A DNA stretch of 64,000 nt, from positions 288,001 through 352,000 of the forward strand of contig CAWAGQ010000008.1 of the NCBI GenBank assembly GCA_963781585.1, given 5' to 3'. The DNA comes from an uncultured Gemmatimonadaceae bacterium. Its GTDB lineage: Bacteria > Gemmatimonadota > Gemmatimonadetes > Gemmatimonadales > Gemmatimonadaceae. The notes beneath the pieces are model-generated. The model had not been told where the DNA came from. It made no database searches and saw nothing but the letters and a program-made list of their open reading frames with translations. The position numbers were made by a program, and so were the translations under genes. Positions 46,901 to 57,024 of this stretch are shown piece after piece; within the stretch, counting starts at the first letter, position 1; each line of letters opens with the position of its first letter.

Positions 46901-48203
46901 CAGTGGAGTGGTCGCGACCGCCGAAGGCGAGTCCGATCTCGGTAAGGTGCGCATTCAACAATTCGCGGGCGAGCAACATGGCTGCTTGACGTGGAATGGT
47001 TACCTGACGCGTCCGGCTCTTGGATGCGAGAGCGGTGCTCGTAACACCCCATGCATGCGCAACGGCAGCTTGGATCGCGATAATGGAAAGTCGAGCATGG
47101 TGTGGGGTGGTATCGAGAGCTACGCTCCCCGCGGGATCCGGCAAACGGTCGCGGAGTGCCTCAAGTGCCAGATCGATGCTGACGGGTTGCTGCCGTAGCG
47201 ACGCATAGGCGAGGAGCTTGATAATGCATCCTTCGAGCTCCCGAACGCTCGACCGTATGTGCTCGGCGATCAGCTGAAGAACTTCTTCAGGGATGGCGTG
47301 CTGCAGGTGGTCTACCAGAGCCTTCTTCTGCAAGATGGCGATCCGGTGCTCAAAATCGGGCAGTTCGATGTCCGCGACCATTCCCCACTGAAAGCGCGTC
47401 ACGAGTCGGGTTTCCATTCCAGCAATATCTGCCGGGGGGCGATCGCTCGTGAGCACAATCTGACGCCCAGCCTCGTATAGGGCGTTGAAAGTATGGAAGA
47501 ACTCTTCCTGAGTTGCTTCCTTTCCCTTCAGGAAATGGACGTCGTCGATGAGGAGGAGGTCGAGTTCACGATAGCGGCGACGGAAATCGTGTGTGGTGCG
47601 GCCCTGAATAGACGCGACGTACTCGTTGGTAAACTGCTCGGCGCCCACGAAAACAGCCCTCGTTGCAGGCAGACGCCCAAGAATGGCGTGTGCGACGGCC
47701 TGCATGAGGTGGGTCTTGCCGATGCCTGAGACTCCGTAGATGAAGAGCGGGTTGTACAGGCGCCCAGGCGATTCCGCTACAGCGAGCGCTGCGGCGCCAG
47801 CCAACTCGTTGGACTTGCCGATTACGAAGTTCTCAAAGGTGTATTGCGACCGTAACGCAGGACGCACGGCAGCGGGACCGGTTCTGGGATTCGTCTCGGA
47901 TTTGGCAGGGGTCAATGGGACAAAGAGATCCATCTGTAACCGTTTCTGCGAGTGGGCGTCGACGATGAACTCCACCGCACACGGCTCCCCGAGGGCGACC
48001 GGCGCAAGACTCGAGAGTAAAGAAGCATGTTTGGATTCGTTCCAAGATGCTGCGAATTGATCTGGCGAAGCGACGATCAGGGTGCTGCCGCGCACCTCAA
48101 CGGGCCGAGTCGGCTCGAGCCAAGTACGAAAGGCCTGCTCCGGTACCTCACGCCGCGCGCATTCAAGGAGACGCTGCCAAACTTCGTCGAGCGCGAGGTC
48201 CAT
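46797..48203 (-). CDS. dnaA: Chromosomal replication initiator
   Basis: YTFENFVIG, YNPLFIYGVSGIGKTHL, LLIDD, QEEFFHTFN, GGRDHSTVIHS; ATG 48203 after AGGAG. Confidence 0.98.
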   Translation of the reverse strand: MDLALDEVWQRLLECARREVPEQAFRTWLEPTRPVEVRGSTLIVASPDQFAASWNESKHASLLSSLAPVALGEPCAVEFIVDAHSQKRLQMDLFVPLTPAKSETNPRTGPAAVRPALRSQYTFENFVIGKSNELAGAAALAVAESPGRLYNPLFIYGVSGIGKTHLMQAVAHAILGRLPATRAVFVGAEQFTNEYVASIQGRTTHDFRRRYRELDLLLIDDVHFLKGKEATQEEFFHTFNALYEAGRQIVLTSDRPPADIAGMETRLVTRFQWGMVADIELPDFEHRIAILQKKALVDHLQHAIPEEVLQLIAEHIRSSVRELEGCIIKLLAYASLRQQPVSIDLALEALRDRLPDPAGSVALDTTPHHARLSIIAIQAAVAHAWGVTSTALASKSRTRQVTIPRQAAMLLARELLNAHLTEIGLAFGGRDHSTVIHSLDRARQLRKSDPSFANRLNTALLELPQVRS

Positions 48204-48209
48204 TGCTCC

Positions 48210-48260
48210 TGTGGAAACTTGAGGGGCGCCGAAGGTATCGGCACTCTGTTGAAAAGTCAA
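48210..48260 (-). promoter_or_regulatory. dnaA promoter with DnaA boxes
   Basis: TTGACT (48255-48260)-17bp-TACCTT (48232-48237); box-like ttttcaaca (48247-48255) and gtttccaca (48210-48218). Confidence 0.7.
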
Positions 48261-48288
48261 ACGTGCATCACCGATCGGCCCTAAGATG

Positions 48289-48317
48289 TTGACACGATTC
48301 ATGTAAGCGGGTACGTT
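48289..48317 (+). promoter_or_regulatory. rpmH operon sigma70 promoter
   Basis: TTGACA-17bp-TACGTT. Confidence 0.75.
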
Positions 48318-48364
48318 TACGTCCCTCAGTTTCGTGATCTTCTCTGCGGCAGTTTGGAAGCATT

Positions 48365-48529
48365 ATGGGAAAGCCTACATATCGGCCTCGCAACAAGAGG
48401 CGCATTCGCAAACACGGTTTTCGAACGCGAATGTCCACTCGTTGGGGACGCGAGGTCCTGAGCCGCCGCAGGAAGAAGGGTCGCAAGCGGCTGACCGTGA
48501 AGCTCCCATCCAAGTACGCCAGCGTCTAA
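48365..48529 (+). CDS. rpmH: 50S ribosomal protein L34
   Basis: Not in the ORF track; [54 protein letters not shown]. Confidence 0.96.
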   Translation: MGKPTYRPRNKRRIRKHGFRTRMSTRWGREVLSRRRKKGRKRLTVKLPSKYASV

Positions 48530-48542
48530 GAGGCCCTTCGGA

Positions 48543-48875
48543 TTCCCGCGAGCATATCGGCTTCGCGGCAGCGCCGAACTCCGACGGGTCCTAGTCGAGG
48601 GGAAGCTGCTCCGGACGAAGGTTCTTTCGCTCCGGGTGTGCGCTTCCCCTTTTTTGCATGGGCGGGTCGGCCTCGTCGTTCCGCGATTCAGTCATTCGGC
48701 GGTAGAGCGCAACCGAATGAAGCGAAGACTCCGCGAGGCCGTGCGCCTGGAGCTGTTGCCAGAGGTCGGGGCGCTGGACTTGTCTATTCGCCCCTCGCCG
48801 GCGGCGTACCGACTGTCATTCAACGAGTTGCGCGCGGAAGTGGTCGGTGTTCGCAACATGCTCAAAAGTTGGTGA
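48543..48875 (+). CDS. rnpA: RNase P protein component (start codon unresolved)
   Basis: FPRAYRLR..ELRRV..RVGLVVPR..SAVERNRMKRRLRE; homology extends upstream of the first GTG (48636). Confidence 0.88.
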   Translation, partial: FPRAYRLRGSAELRRVLVEGKLLRTKVLSLRVCASPFLHGRVGLVVPRFSHSAVERNRMKRRLREAVRLELLPEVGALDLSIRPSPAAYRLSFNELRAEVVGVRNMLKSW

Positions 48876-48888
48876 GCGCTGAGCGGGC

Positions 48889-49098
48889 ATGCGCCGGGTT
48901 CTGATCTGGATCGTACGTAGCTACCAGATGCTTATTGGTCCTCTGCTTCCGGCGAGCTGTCGTTACTATCCGTCGTGCTCGAATTACGCGATCGAAGCGA
49001 TCGGCAAATACGGCGCACTGCGGGGGGTGATGCTTGCCGCGAGGCGGATTGCCCGCTGTCATCCATTTCGTCCCGGGGGCTACGACCCGGTTCCCTAA
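48889..49098 (+). CDS. yidD: Membrane protein insertion efficiency factor
   Basis: [22 protein letters not shown]. Confidence 0.95.
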   Translation: MRRVLIWIVRSYQMLIGPLLPASCRYYPSCSNYAIEAIGKYGALRGVMLAARRIARCHPFRPGGYDPVP

Positions 49099-49118
49099 CA
49101 CCTCAGAGAGTCTGAACA

Positions 49119-50819
49119 ATGGACCGACGCACCATTCTGGCGTTGGTACTAGTTGTCCTCGTTATTCTCCTCACACCGCGCCTCTTCCCAGGACGCCGGC
49201 GACCAGGCGGAATCGCGGGTGATACAGTCGGTGACACGGTCCGCGATACGGTCGCGGGACCGCAGGCTCGCAAGACGCCGGCGCAGTCGGAGCGGTCCGC
49301 TCGCGATACACAGATCGCAACTCCGGTAGCGACCGTGACGCCGTCCGAGAGGGGGAGCGAACCTGTGAGTGAGCGAGTCGATACGATCGTCGTGGCGGGA
49401 GGCGCGGCGGCGTATCGGTTTACCTCACTTGGCGGCACATTGCTGGATGTGAGGCTTGGCTCGTTCAAATCACTCGGGCCCAGCGATGGTCCTCTATTCC
49501 TGCGATCGCCGGAATCTCCGCTCCTCAGATTCCGTGTCATTGCGGCGCAAGACACCGTGCGATTTGACCAGAGCAGCTTCACGTATGTTGCCCCAGACAG
49601 CGGATCCAAATCCCGAGATGTCGCGTTTGTGGGTGCGGTTGGCGGCGACAGCCTTGCACTGCACTATGCCGTAGTACCGGACAGCTTTCTTGTCCATGTG
49701 ATCGGTCGCTTGTCGGCGCGGCTCGCCAATGCAGCCTCAGGCCTGGTGGTGGTCGATCTGCCGGCGACGCTGGAGTCGTTTGAAGCAGACTCGGTGGATG
49801 ACCAACGGCACCTTGCCTTTGCATTCAAGCCGAGTCAGCGCGATGCGGAGGGCATTCCGTTTGGGAAACTGGATCCGGGGGAACGGCGAATCGGAGCCGG
49901 TCCTCTGGACTGGATCGCGTTGAAGGACAAGTACTTCATCATCGGCTTGCTTACTGCGCGAGGCGACTCCTCGCTGGTGGAGTTTTCGGCAACAGGTATG
50001 GCGAGGGCGACTCGAACCGCATCACACGCCCAGGGGACTGCGGTCCTGCGGACCAGTGACGGTGCCTTCACGTTCGATGTCTACAGCGGGCCGCAGCAAT
50101 GGAAGCGACTACAGTCCTTGGGAAGGGGCTTTGAGGATTCGAACCCGTACGGAGGCTTCCTACGGCCTGTCGTTCAGCCGTTCGCGACAATAGTGCTCCG
50201 AATCCTCCTCTGGATGCACGAGACCCTGCGAATGAGCTACGGATGGGTCTTGGTTGTATTCGGGATTGTGGTTCGACTGGTCCTGTGGCCGTTGAACCAG
50301 AGTGCGATGCGGTCTAGCCTCAAGATGCAGCGCATCCAGCCTGAGCTGAACGAACTACAGAAGCGCTACAAGAGTGATCCGCAGAAGCTGCAGAGTGAGA
50401 TGATGCGCGTGTACCGGGACCACGGGATGAGCCCCTTCAGCATGTTCTCAGGGTGTCTGCCGATGCTTCTGCCGATGCCCGTGCTGTTCGCCCTGTTTTT
50501 CGTCTTCCAGAATACGATCGAGTTCCGAGCGGTGTCGTTCATGTGGCTCCACGACATCTCACAAAAGGATCCGTACTATGTCCTGCCGATCCTCATGGGA
50601 ATCTCGATGTACGTCCTCACCTGGATCGGGAGCCGGAACACCCCGCCCAATCCCCAGACGAAGATGATGGGGTATGTCTTCCCGGTGATGATGACGTTCC
50701 TGCTGGCTAACCTGGCCGCGGGACTCAACCTGTACTACGCCATACAGAACGTAGCTGCCCTTCCCCAACAGTGGTTCATCGCGAGCGAACGGGCGAGGGC
50801 AGCAGCGAAGAAGAAATAG
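49119..50819 (+). CDS. yidC: Membrane protein insertase
   Basis: N-terminal TM, periplasmic domain, [33 protein letters not shown]. Confidence 0.96.
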   Translation: MDRRTILALVLVVLVILLTPRLFPGRRRPGGIAGDTVGDTVRDTVAGPQARKTPAQSERSARDTQIATPVATVTPSERGSEPVSERVDTIVVAGGAAAYRFTSLGGTLLDVRLGSFKSLGPSDGPLFLRSPESPLLRFRVIAAQDTVRFDQSSFTYVAPDSGSKSRDVAFVGAVGGDSLALHYAVVPDSFLVHVIGRLSARLANAASGLVVVDLPATLESFEADSVDDQRHLAFAFKPSQRDAEGIPFGKLDPGERRIGAGPLDWIALKDKYFIIGLLTARGDSSLVEFSATGMARATRTASHAQGTAVLRTSDGAFTFDVYSGPQQWKRLQSLGRGFEDSNPYGGFLRPVVQPFATIVLRILLWMHETLRMSYGWVLVVFGIVVRLVLWPLNQSAMRSSLKMQRIQPELNELQKRYKSDPQKLQSEMMRVYRDHGMSPFSMFSGCLPMLLPMPVLFALFFVFQNTIEFRAVSFMWLHDISQKDPYYVLPILMGISMYVLTWIGSRNTPPNPQTKMMGYVFPVMMTFLLANLAAGLNLYYAIQNVAALPQQWFIASERARAAAKKK

Positions 50820-50841
50820 GCTCGATTTGCCGATTGGTCCG

Positions 50842-52212
50842 ATGGCAAGATTTGATGACGACACCATCGTGGCGATTGCGACGCCACCAGGGCGGGGCGC
50901 GCTAGCCGTCGTGCGGGTGAGTGGAACGCGCGCGCACGGAGTGTGCAAGGAAGTGCTGGATCCGTGGCCGGCCCAGCCGAGACGCGCTACACTCTGTGCC
51001 GTCCGGGACCCGGCCAATGGTGTGATCGACCAAGTAGTAGCCGTGGTCTACACGGCGCCGCGCTCGTTCACGGGCGAAGACGCAGTAGAGCTGACCGGGC
51101 ACGGGGGCGCTCTCTCACCCGTCGCCGTTGCAGGCCTCCTGTTGCGACGTGGTGCGCGCCAGGCTCGACCCGGAGAATTCACGCAGCGCGCCGTACTGAA
51201 CGGAAAGATGGATCTCCTGCAGGCGGAAAGTATTGCCGATCTCGTGGATGCACAGACCGAGGCGATGCGCCGGGCCGCTCTGTTTCACCTCGATGGAGGC
51301 CTGTCTGCGCGGATTGCCGCACTGCGCGCCAATCTCCTGGAACTCGAGGCGCTACTCGCCTACGAGATCGATTTCCCCGAAGAAGATGATGGTCCGGTAG
51401 CACCGGAGCGGATACAGGGCGCGATTGACTCCGTGCAACGGGAGATCAGTCGGTTACTGGCGACGGCCGGGATTGGCGAGGTGGTGCGGACCGGGGCGCT
51501 TGTAGCCATTGCCGGCCGCCCCAACGTCGGCAAGTCCTCCCTTTTCAACGCTCTCATCGGCCACCAGCGGGCCATCGTCACGGATATTCCTGGAACAACG
51601 AGGGACGCGCTGGAGGCCGTGATCGAGAGCAACGGATGGCCGCTTCGGCTGGTTGACACCGCTGGACTCCGGGATACCCGTGATATCGTGGAGCGGGAGG
51701 GAGTGCAGGTGAGTCGGCGGTACCTGAATACGGCGCACGTTGCGCTAGTCTGTGACGACGACGCTGACCAACTGCCGTCAAGCGTCGCCACCGTGCGAAA
51801 GATGACGTCGGCGCCGATCATAGCAGTGCACACAAAGGTCGATCTCGCCGGACGCTTGCAGTCGGCTGGTACCACCGCTCAGAGCTCGGATTCGTCACTG
51901 TCGGTGAGCGTGGTAACGCGCGAGGGACTGCCGGAATTGCTCGTCGCCGTCGCACGGGTGCTTGGTGACCGCATTGGCGGCTTGCCCTTGGATGCGCCGG
52001 TCCTTACCCGGGCGCGTCATCGTGCCGGACTTGAATGTGCGGGCCTGGAGCTCGACGCGTTCCGGGAAGTCTGGCGCACCGGAGCGGTTCCGCTGGCAGT
52101 GGGCGCCGTGCATGTCCGCACCGCCACCGCCGCCGTCGATGAGCTTATTGGCGGAGTGAGCGTTGAGGATGTGTTGGAGCGTGTCTTCGCGGCCTTCTGT
52201 ATCGGAAAGTGA
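50842..52212 (+). CDS. mnmE: tRNA modification GTPase
   Basis: [38 protein letters not shown]. Confidence 0.97.
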   Translation: MARFDDDTIVAIATPPGRGALAVVRVSGTRAHGVCKEVLDPWPAQPRRATLCAVRDPANGVIDQVVAVVYTAPRSFTGEDAVELTGHGGALSPVAVAGLLLRRGARQARPGEFTQRAVLNGKMDLLQAESIADLVDAQTEAMRRAALFHLDGGLSARIAALRANLLELEALLAYEIDFPEEDDGPVAPERIQGAIDSVQREISRLLATAGIGEVVRTGALVAIAGRPNVGKSSLFNALIGHQRAIVTDIPGTTRDALEAVIESNGWPLRLVDTAGLRDTRDIVEREGVQVSRRYLNTAHVALVCDDDADQLPSSVATVRKMTSAPIIAVHTKVDLAGRLQSAGTTAQSSDSSLSVSVVTREGLPELLVAVARVLGDRIGGLPLDAPVLTRARHRAGLECAGLELDAFREVWRTGAVPLAVGAVHVRTATAAVDELIGGVSVEDVLERVFAAFCIGK

Positions 52213-52255
52213 GCTCGCGGCAGAGACGCCCGGAGCGCGGCAGGCACCGCCCCGG

Positions 52256-53194
52256 TCAGGCGGAAGCCGCTGCCGACTCGGAAATGTCCAGCAGTTCCTG
52301 CGCACTGGCTCTAACGGCCCAGGCAGCGCCGCGCGCGTCGATGGCGTCGGCCACCATTCGTGCCCCAATGAAGTAACCGGCGCGTTCGGGAATAACCACG
52401 CGTTCGACCGTGCGCGCTTCATCACTCATGCCGCCAGACAGATAGCGTAGGCGCAAGCCGAGGGCAGCGTGATTGAGATCTGCCGCAATGGCGCGCGTCA
52501 CCATGGGCTCCAGCTCCCGGACTCTGGCGTAGAGGCGGCGGCCGTAGCCAAAATACTCCCAGACGGCGTGGCCAGGGCGTGCCAATCTGGAGATCTCCAC
52601 TGCCAGGCCCTCGTTCACCAGATGCTCGCGCAGTGTTACGCGGCGTCCGGTCTCCCAGTACGAGTAATACCCATCAGCATCGTCGATTGCCGCACGGAGT
52701 TCACTCCGGCTTGACGGCGAGGTATAGCGCACGGCGTGCGCGATCTCATGGGCGAGCCAGAGCGGGACGAGCTCAGGGTCGAGACCCAAGCCCTGAGTTT
52801 CGGGATTGGCAACCCCGGTGAAATGTTCAAGACAGACGAAGGCCATGCCGCGCCCGGCAACGACGAGTTCTCCGGCGTTGGCCGCGCCAACCCCAACCAT
52901 CAGCAGGACATCGACATCGACATCGACATCGAGCAGGTGAGTGCATCGTTCCTCGGCCTCGCGGGCGAGGGACACAACGTCCGTGCGCTCGAGCATCGCG
53001 AGCAGGTCCGAACGATCCGCGAGCGCAGCCATTCGAACGACGTCGTTGAAGTGGGCGCTATCGGGATCGAGGACGTAATTGTGCCAATACGCCGCCAGGC
53101 GATGCCGATGAGTTTCGAAGTAGCGATGATACGCGGCGACTCGATCAGAGCTGTTGAGGACTGCGAGGAAGTCCGGCAGCAGGTTGACGAGCAT
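52256..53194 (-). CDS. Hypothetical protein, putative zincin metallopeptidase (DUF2268-like)
   Basis: AHEIAH followed by NEGLA and GYFIG; no signal peptide. Confidence 0.7.
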   Translation of the reverse strand: MLVNLLPDFLAVLNSSDRVAAYHRYFETHRHRLAAYWHNYVLDPDSAHFNDVVRMAALADRSDLLAMLERTDVVSLAREAEERCTHLLDVDVDVDVLLMVGVGAANAGELVVAGRGMAFVCLEHFTGVANPETQGLGLDPELVPLWLAHEIAHAVRYTSPSSRSELRAAIDDADGYYSYWETGRRVTLREHLVNEGLAVEISRLARPGHAVWEYFGYGRRLYARVRELEPMVTRAIAADLNHAALGLRLRYLSGGMSDEARTVERVVIPERAGYFIGARMVADAIDARGAAWAVRASAQELLDISESAAASA

Positions 53195-53303
53195 CAACGA
53201 TCCGGGCGCGAGTGAGCGGCGCAGTGTGTCGCGAATCGCGCGGCAAGATAGTCTCGCTCAGTTGCTCCTACAAGAGAGAATTCTGCGACATGCGTTCCGG
53301 TGT

Positions 53304-53951
53304 TCACCGCGTGCCGAACAAACGATCACCAGCATCGCCCAAACCCGGCAGAATGTAACCGTGCGAGTTGAGCTCACGGTCGAGCGCGGCCGTGAGCACG
53401 TGGACATCCGGGTGATCCTGACGCATGCGTGCGACACCCTCGGGGGCGGCGACGAGACAAAGGAAGCGAATGCGAAACCCACCGGCCCGTTTCAAGGAAG
53501 TCACGGCTGCTGCCGCGCTGCCTCCCGTGGCCAACATCGGGTCGAGTACGAGGAAGTCTCGTTCTGCAGCATCGCCAGGGACCTTGAAGTAGTAGTCTAC
53601 GGGCTGCAGCGTGTCGTGATCGCGGTACAGGCCGATGTGACCTACTCGTGCCGAGGGCACGAGCCGCAACACTCCCTCGACCATCCCCAATCCCGCGCGG
53701 AGAATCGGTACCAGCGTCAGCTTCTTGCCACTGACGCGCCATCCCCGGGTTGTTTCGAGTGGCGTCTCGACCGAGACCGGCTCGAGCGGGAGTCCGCTCG
53801 TGGCCTCGTAGGCCAGGAGCATTGCGAGCTCCTCGACAAGCTCCTTGAAGATCTTCGTGGGTGTGGTGCGGTCGCGAAGGAGCGTGAGTTTGTGCTGAAC
53901 GAGTGGGTGCGCGACGATAGTCAGGTTGGAGAATGCAGGGGTGGTGGCCAT
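53304..53951 (-). CDS. upp: Uracil phosphoribosyltransferase
   Basis: [36 protein letters not shown]. Confidence 0.97.
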   Translation of the reverse strand: MATTPAFSNLTIVAHPLVQHKLTLLRDRTTPTKIFKELVEELAMLLAYEATSGLPLEPVSVETPLETTRGWRVSGKKLTLVPILRAGLGMVEGVLRLVPSARVGHIGLYRDHDTLQPVDYYFKVPGDAAERDFLVLDPMLATGGSAAAAVTSLKRAGGFRIRFLCLVAAPEGVARMRQDHPDVHVLTAALDRELNSHGYILPGLGDAGDRLFGTR

Positions 53952-53978
53952 GAGCGGCAAGGTACTATCTTCGCGCCC

Positions 53979-54155
53979 ATGAAAGAATATCAGGCCGTGA
54001 TCCAGCGGATCACACGCCGCGCGCGAGAGGACGAGGATGCGCTAACGGACCTGCTAAACGAACGTATTCGAAGCGGTTGGGAGCCCGTGATGATGGCGCA
54101 GGACGACCAGCGACTCACCATCATCTTTCAGCGCGAGACTGAATCGGACTACTAG
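53979..54155 (+). CDS. Small hypothetical protein (DUF4177-like)
   Basis: [28 protein letters not shown], 58 aa; stop abuts the next start. Confidence 0.72.
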   Translation: MKEYQAVIQRITRRAREDEDALTDLLNERIRSGWEPVMMAQDDQRLTIIFQRETESDY

Positions 54156-55538
54156 GTGGAGCTAATCTTCTCGGGTGCGGATCGCGAGGTGACGGGTTCG
54201 TGTCACCTCGTTCGCGTCAGCGGAGTCACGGTGGCGCTCGACTGCGGTCTCTTTCAGGGGAAGCGCGGCGAGGCAGATGCGAAGAACAGGGTGCTCCCCC
54301 TTCCCATGGGAGAACTTGATGCCATCGTCCTGTCCCACGCCCACATCGACCATTCAGGTCGGCTACCGTTCCTCGCGCACGAGGGGTACAGCAACAGCAG
54401 CTGGGCGACGGCGGCCACGCGGGATCTATGCGCCTACATGCTAATGGACTCGGCCCATATCCAAGAGAAGGACGCCGAGTATCTGGAGCGCAAGAACAGG
54501 CCTTTTGCAGCTCCACTGTACACCACTGCGGACGTGCCGGTTGTCCTGAAGCACATGATCGGCGTGCCATATCACCACACGTTCGATGTCGTGCCTGGTA
54601 TTAGGGCAACGTTTATCGACGCAGGGCACATTCTCGGCTCGGCGTCGGTCGTGCTTGACTGCTCGGAGAACGGCAACTCTCGCCGATTGGCGTTCTCGGG
54701 CGACATCGGCCGAGCAGGGCTCCCGATTATCCGAAACCCGGAATTGCCGGAAGATGTCGACGTTGTGGTCATGGAGTCGACATACGGCAATCGGGACCAT
54801 GAACCCGTACAAGACGCTCGGCAGCGACTTGGCGAGATCGTAAGCACGACCGCGGCACGAGGTGGGCGTGTCCTGATACCCGCGTTCGCCGTCGGACGTA
54901 CCCAAGAGATACTGTACGACCTCCACGCTCTCGTCCGCGCGGGCCAGGTTCCGTCGCTTCCGATCTACGTCGACAGCCCGCTGGCAATCGATGCGACATC
55001 CGTGTTCGAGCTCCACCCGGATGCCTTCGACAGGGGTGAAGCCTTGGTGCAACAGGTGCAACAGCTGTTTCGCTTCGAACTCGTTAGCTATACACGTGAT
55101 GCAGAGGAGTCGAAGGCGTTGAACCACCTGCGCGGGCCGATGGTAATCATCGCTGCGTCCGGTATGGCGGAGTCAGGGCGCATTCTGCATCACCTGTTCC
55201 ACGGTGCATCCGATCCCCGAAACACGGTACTGATCGTTGGTTTTCAGGCTGAACATACGCTCGGTCGCCGCATCGTTGAGCGGAGACCTACCATCAAGGT
55301 CTTCGGAGAGGAAATCCCTTTACGCGCACAAGTAGAAGTGCTGAACGGCTATAGCGCACACGCGGATCGGCGCGAACTCGTAGCTTGGGCTGAAGGAGTA
55401 CGCAAGACTTCTCCACGGCTCCACCATGTGCATCTCGTTCACGGTGAACCGGCGGCGCAGGAAGGTTTGAGCGACCTCCTCCGCGCACGCGGATTCGCCG
55501 TAAATGCTCCAGCCCGAGGTGAGCGGGCGACGTTCTGA
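54156..55538 (+). CDS. MBL-fold beta-CASP ribonuclease
   Basis: EVTGS, SHAHIDHSG, AGHILGS, FSGD, ESTYG, PAFAVGR, YSAHAD, VHGE. Confidence 0.93.
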   Translation: MELIFSGADREVTGSCHLVRVSGVTVALDCGLFQGKRGEADAKNRVLPLPMGELDAIVLSHAHIDHSGRLPFLAHEGYSNSSWATAATRDLCAYMLMDSAHIQEKDAEYLERKNRPFAAPLYTTADVPVVLKHMIGVPYHHTFDVVPGIRATFIDAGHILGSASVVLDCSENGNSRRLAFSGDIGRAGLPIIRNPELPEDVDVVVMESTYGNRDHEPVQDARQRLGEIVSTTAARGGRVLIPAFAVGRTQEILYDLHALVRAGQVPSLPIYVDSPLAIDATSVFELHPDAFDRGEALVQQVQQLFRFELVSYTRDAEESKALNHLRGPMVIIAASGMAESGRILHHLFHGASDPRNTVLIVGFQAEHTLGRRIVERRPTIKVFGEEIPLRAQVEVLNGYSAHADRRELVAWAEGVRKTSPRLHHVHLVHGEPAAQEGLSDLLRARGFAVNAPARGERATF

Positions 55539-55638
55539 TGCGCCCCTCCGGAGCTGCTACGCGGAAGACAATTACTGGTTTGTCTTCCAATGCTCGCGGA
55601 CGCCATGCGGGCCAGCGGGCGTGCCATGACCACCGCCC

Positions 55639-56301
55639 GTGCGACAGGTCGATGTCCTCAGTTCGATGTCATTGAAGCCATTGGGAGAGGCTCAGCCGAC
55701 ACGTGGCCGCACCAAGCTTCTGTCGGTGCTAGGGGCCGGTGGGGCAGCCGCGTGGCTGCTTAGCCTTGGGGCCGTGGTGGTGTGGGGGTCGCGCGATGGA
55801 GCCGTTCCTGCGGATGCGATCGTCGTCATGGGAGCGGCGCAATATGCCGGTCGCCCCTCTCCGGTTCTGAAGGCGCGGCTCGATCATGCCGTTGCGCTCT
55901 GGAAGCGTGGTCTCGCGCACTGGCTGATTCTCACTGGCGGAACCGGCCTCGGGGACACCACCAGCGAGGCAGCGGTCAGCCGCCGCTACGCCATGCGGCA
56001 GGGCATACCGGATAGCGTTCTGCTCCTCGAAAGCCATGGACGAACCACAGATGCATCCCTTGCTGCCGTCGCCGACATCATGCGCAGCCACCACCTGGTT
56101 CGAGCGATCCTCGTGAGCGACCCGTTCCACATGCTTCGGCTTCAGATCCTTTCCCGACGATGGGGATTCGACTGCGTGACGTCGCCTACCCGCACGAGCC
56201 CGATCTCCGCCAGTTGGACCAGAGCGCTGGGCTACGTGATGAGCGAGTCCATCAAGGTGCCGGTCGCAGCTATTCTCGGAGTGCTGCAGGGTCATGTCTG
56301 A
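55639..56301 (+). CDS. YdcF/ElyC (DUF218) family protein
   Basis: ADAIVVMGAA, ARLD, TGG, SEA, VSDPFHMLR; start may be 55666. Confidence 0.88.
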   Translation: MRQVDVLSSMSLKPLGEAQPTRGRTKLLSVLGAGGAAAWLLSLGAVVVWGSRDGAVPADAIVVMGAAQYAGRPSPVLKARLDHAVALWKRGLAHWLILTGGTGLGDTTSEAAVSRRYAMRQGIPDSVLLLESHGRTTDASLAAVADIMRSHHLVRAILVSDPFHMLRLQILSRRWGFDCVTSPTRTSPISASWTRALGYVMSESIKVPVAAILGVLQGHV

Positions 56302-56319
56302 GCCCGCGGCCGATTCACG

Positions 56320-57024
56320 TTGTCCAGCGACGCCGGTGGGGTGTCCATCGTGACCGACTTCGCTCGCCGGCACGTGCGCGAGGCACCGTCCGCCCGGACC
56401 GTACTGAGTGTGGCCGTACTGGGCGTACTCTCCCTTGTTGCCGTCAGCTCAGTCAGTTCAGCGCAAAGTACGCCGGGGCCGATCTTCCGTCTCGAGCCAG
56501 GGCTGATGACTGGAGATTTCGTCTCCGCACCGTCGGGGGTCGCGTCTACAACGGGCTTCAACGTCCGGTTCGAGACGCGGCTGCCGACGACACATCGCTG
56601 GCTGACACCGGTTGTCGGCGCCTCGATCACGCCATATGGAACGAGTGGGATCACGAATCGAAGGCGGAATGCACCGTTGTTGTTCGTGGGCAATGTACTT
56701 CCGCTCATTCCAGCAAAGCGGACAGCGGGATGGGCGACGGTCGAAGTCCCACTCCTCTTGTACTATTCGTACGGTGGGGGCGGCGCCCACAATAGTCGCC
56801 TCTACGGGCGTGATCTGTTCCTGCAGATCGCGGCACACGTTCATGTGGGTCAGAAGATGCTCGATGACCTGGGGGCATTCTGGTCTAAGGTCGACGCGTA
56901 CGCGTTCCTCGAGCAGACCATGACGCCCAACCGCGACAGCGTGACGAGACGTCTCGATCGCTTCAACCCCGTTGCGCTCATTGGTTTGTCCATGCCATTC
57001 GGCGCGACGAGCTCTGCCCGATGA
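56320..57024 (+). CDS. Hypothetical exported protein, possibly beta-rich outer-membrane type
   Basis: Signal-like segment ending SSAQ; alternating aromatic/hydrophobic strands; overlaps the next ATG; start uncertain. Confidence 0.62.
   Translation: MSSDAGGVSIVTDFARRHVREAPSARTVLSVAVLGVLSLVAVSSVSSAQSTPGPIFRLEPGLMTGDFVSAPSGVASTTGFNVRFETRLPTTHRWLTPVVGASITPYGTSGITNRRRNAPLLFVGNVLPLIPAKRTAGWATVEVPLLLYYSYGGGGAHNSRLYGRDLFLQIAAHVHVGQKMLDDLGAFWSKVDAYAFLEQTMTPNRDSVTRRLDRFNPVALIGLSMPFGATSSAR

Noticed and set aside
46703..46954. 84-aa N-terminal extension of DnaN
   Set aside because: It overlaps dnaA and the origin; clamp homology begins at ATG 46702.
53154..53978. 333-aa plus-strand ORF
   Set aside because: Antisense to upp; only the last 58 codons look real.
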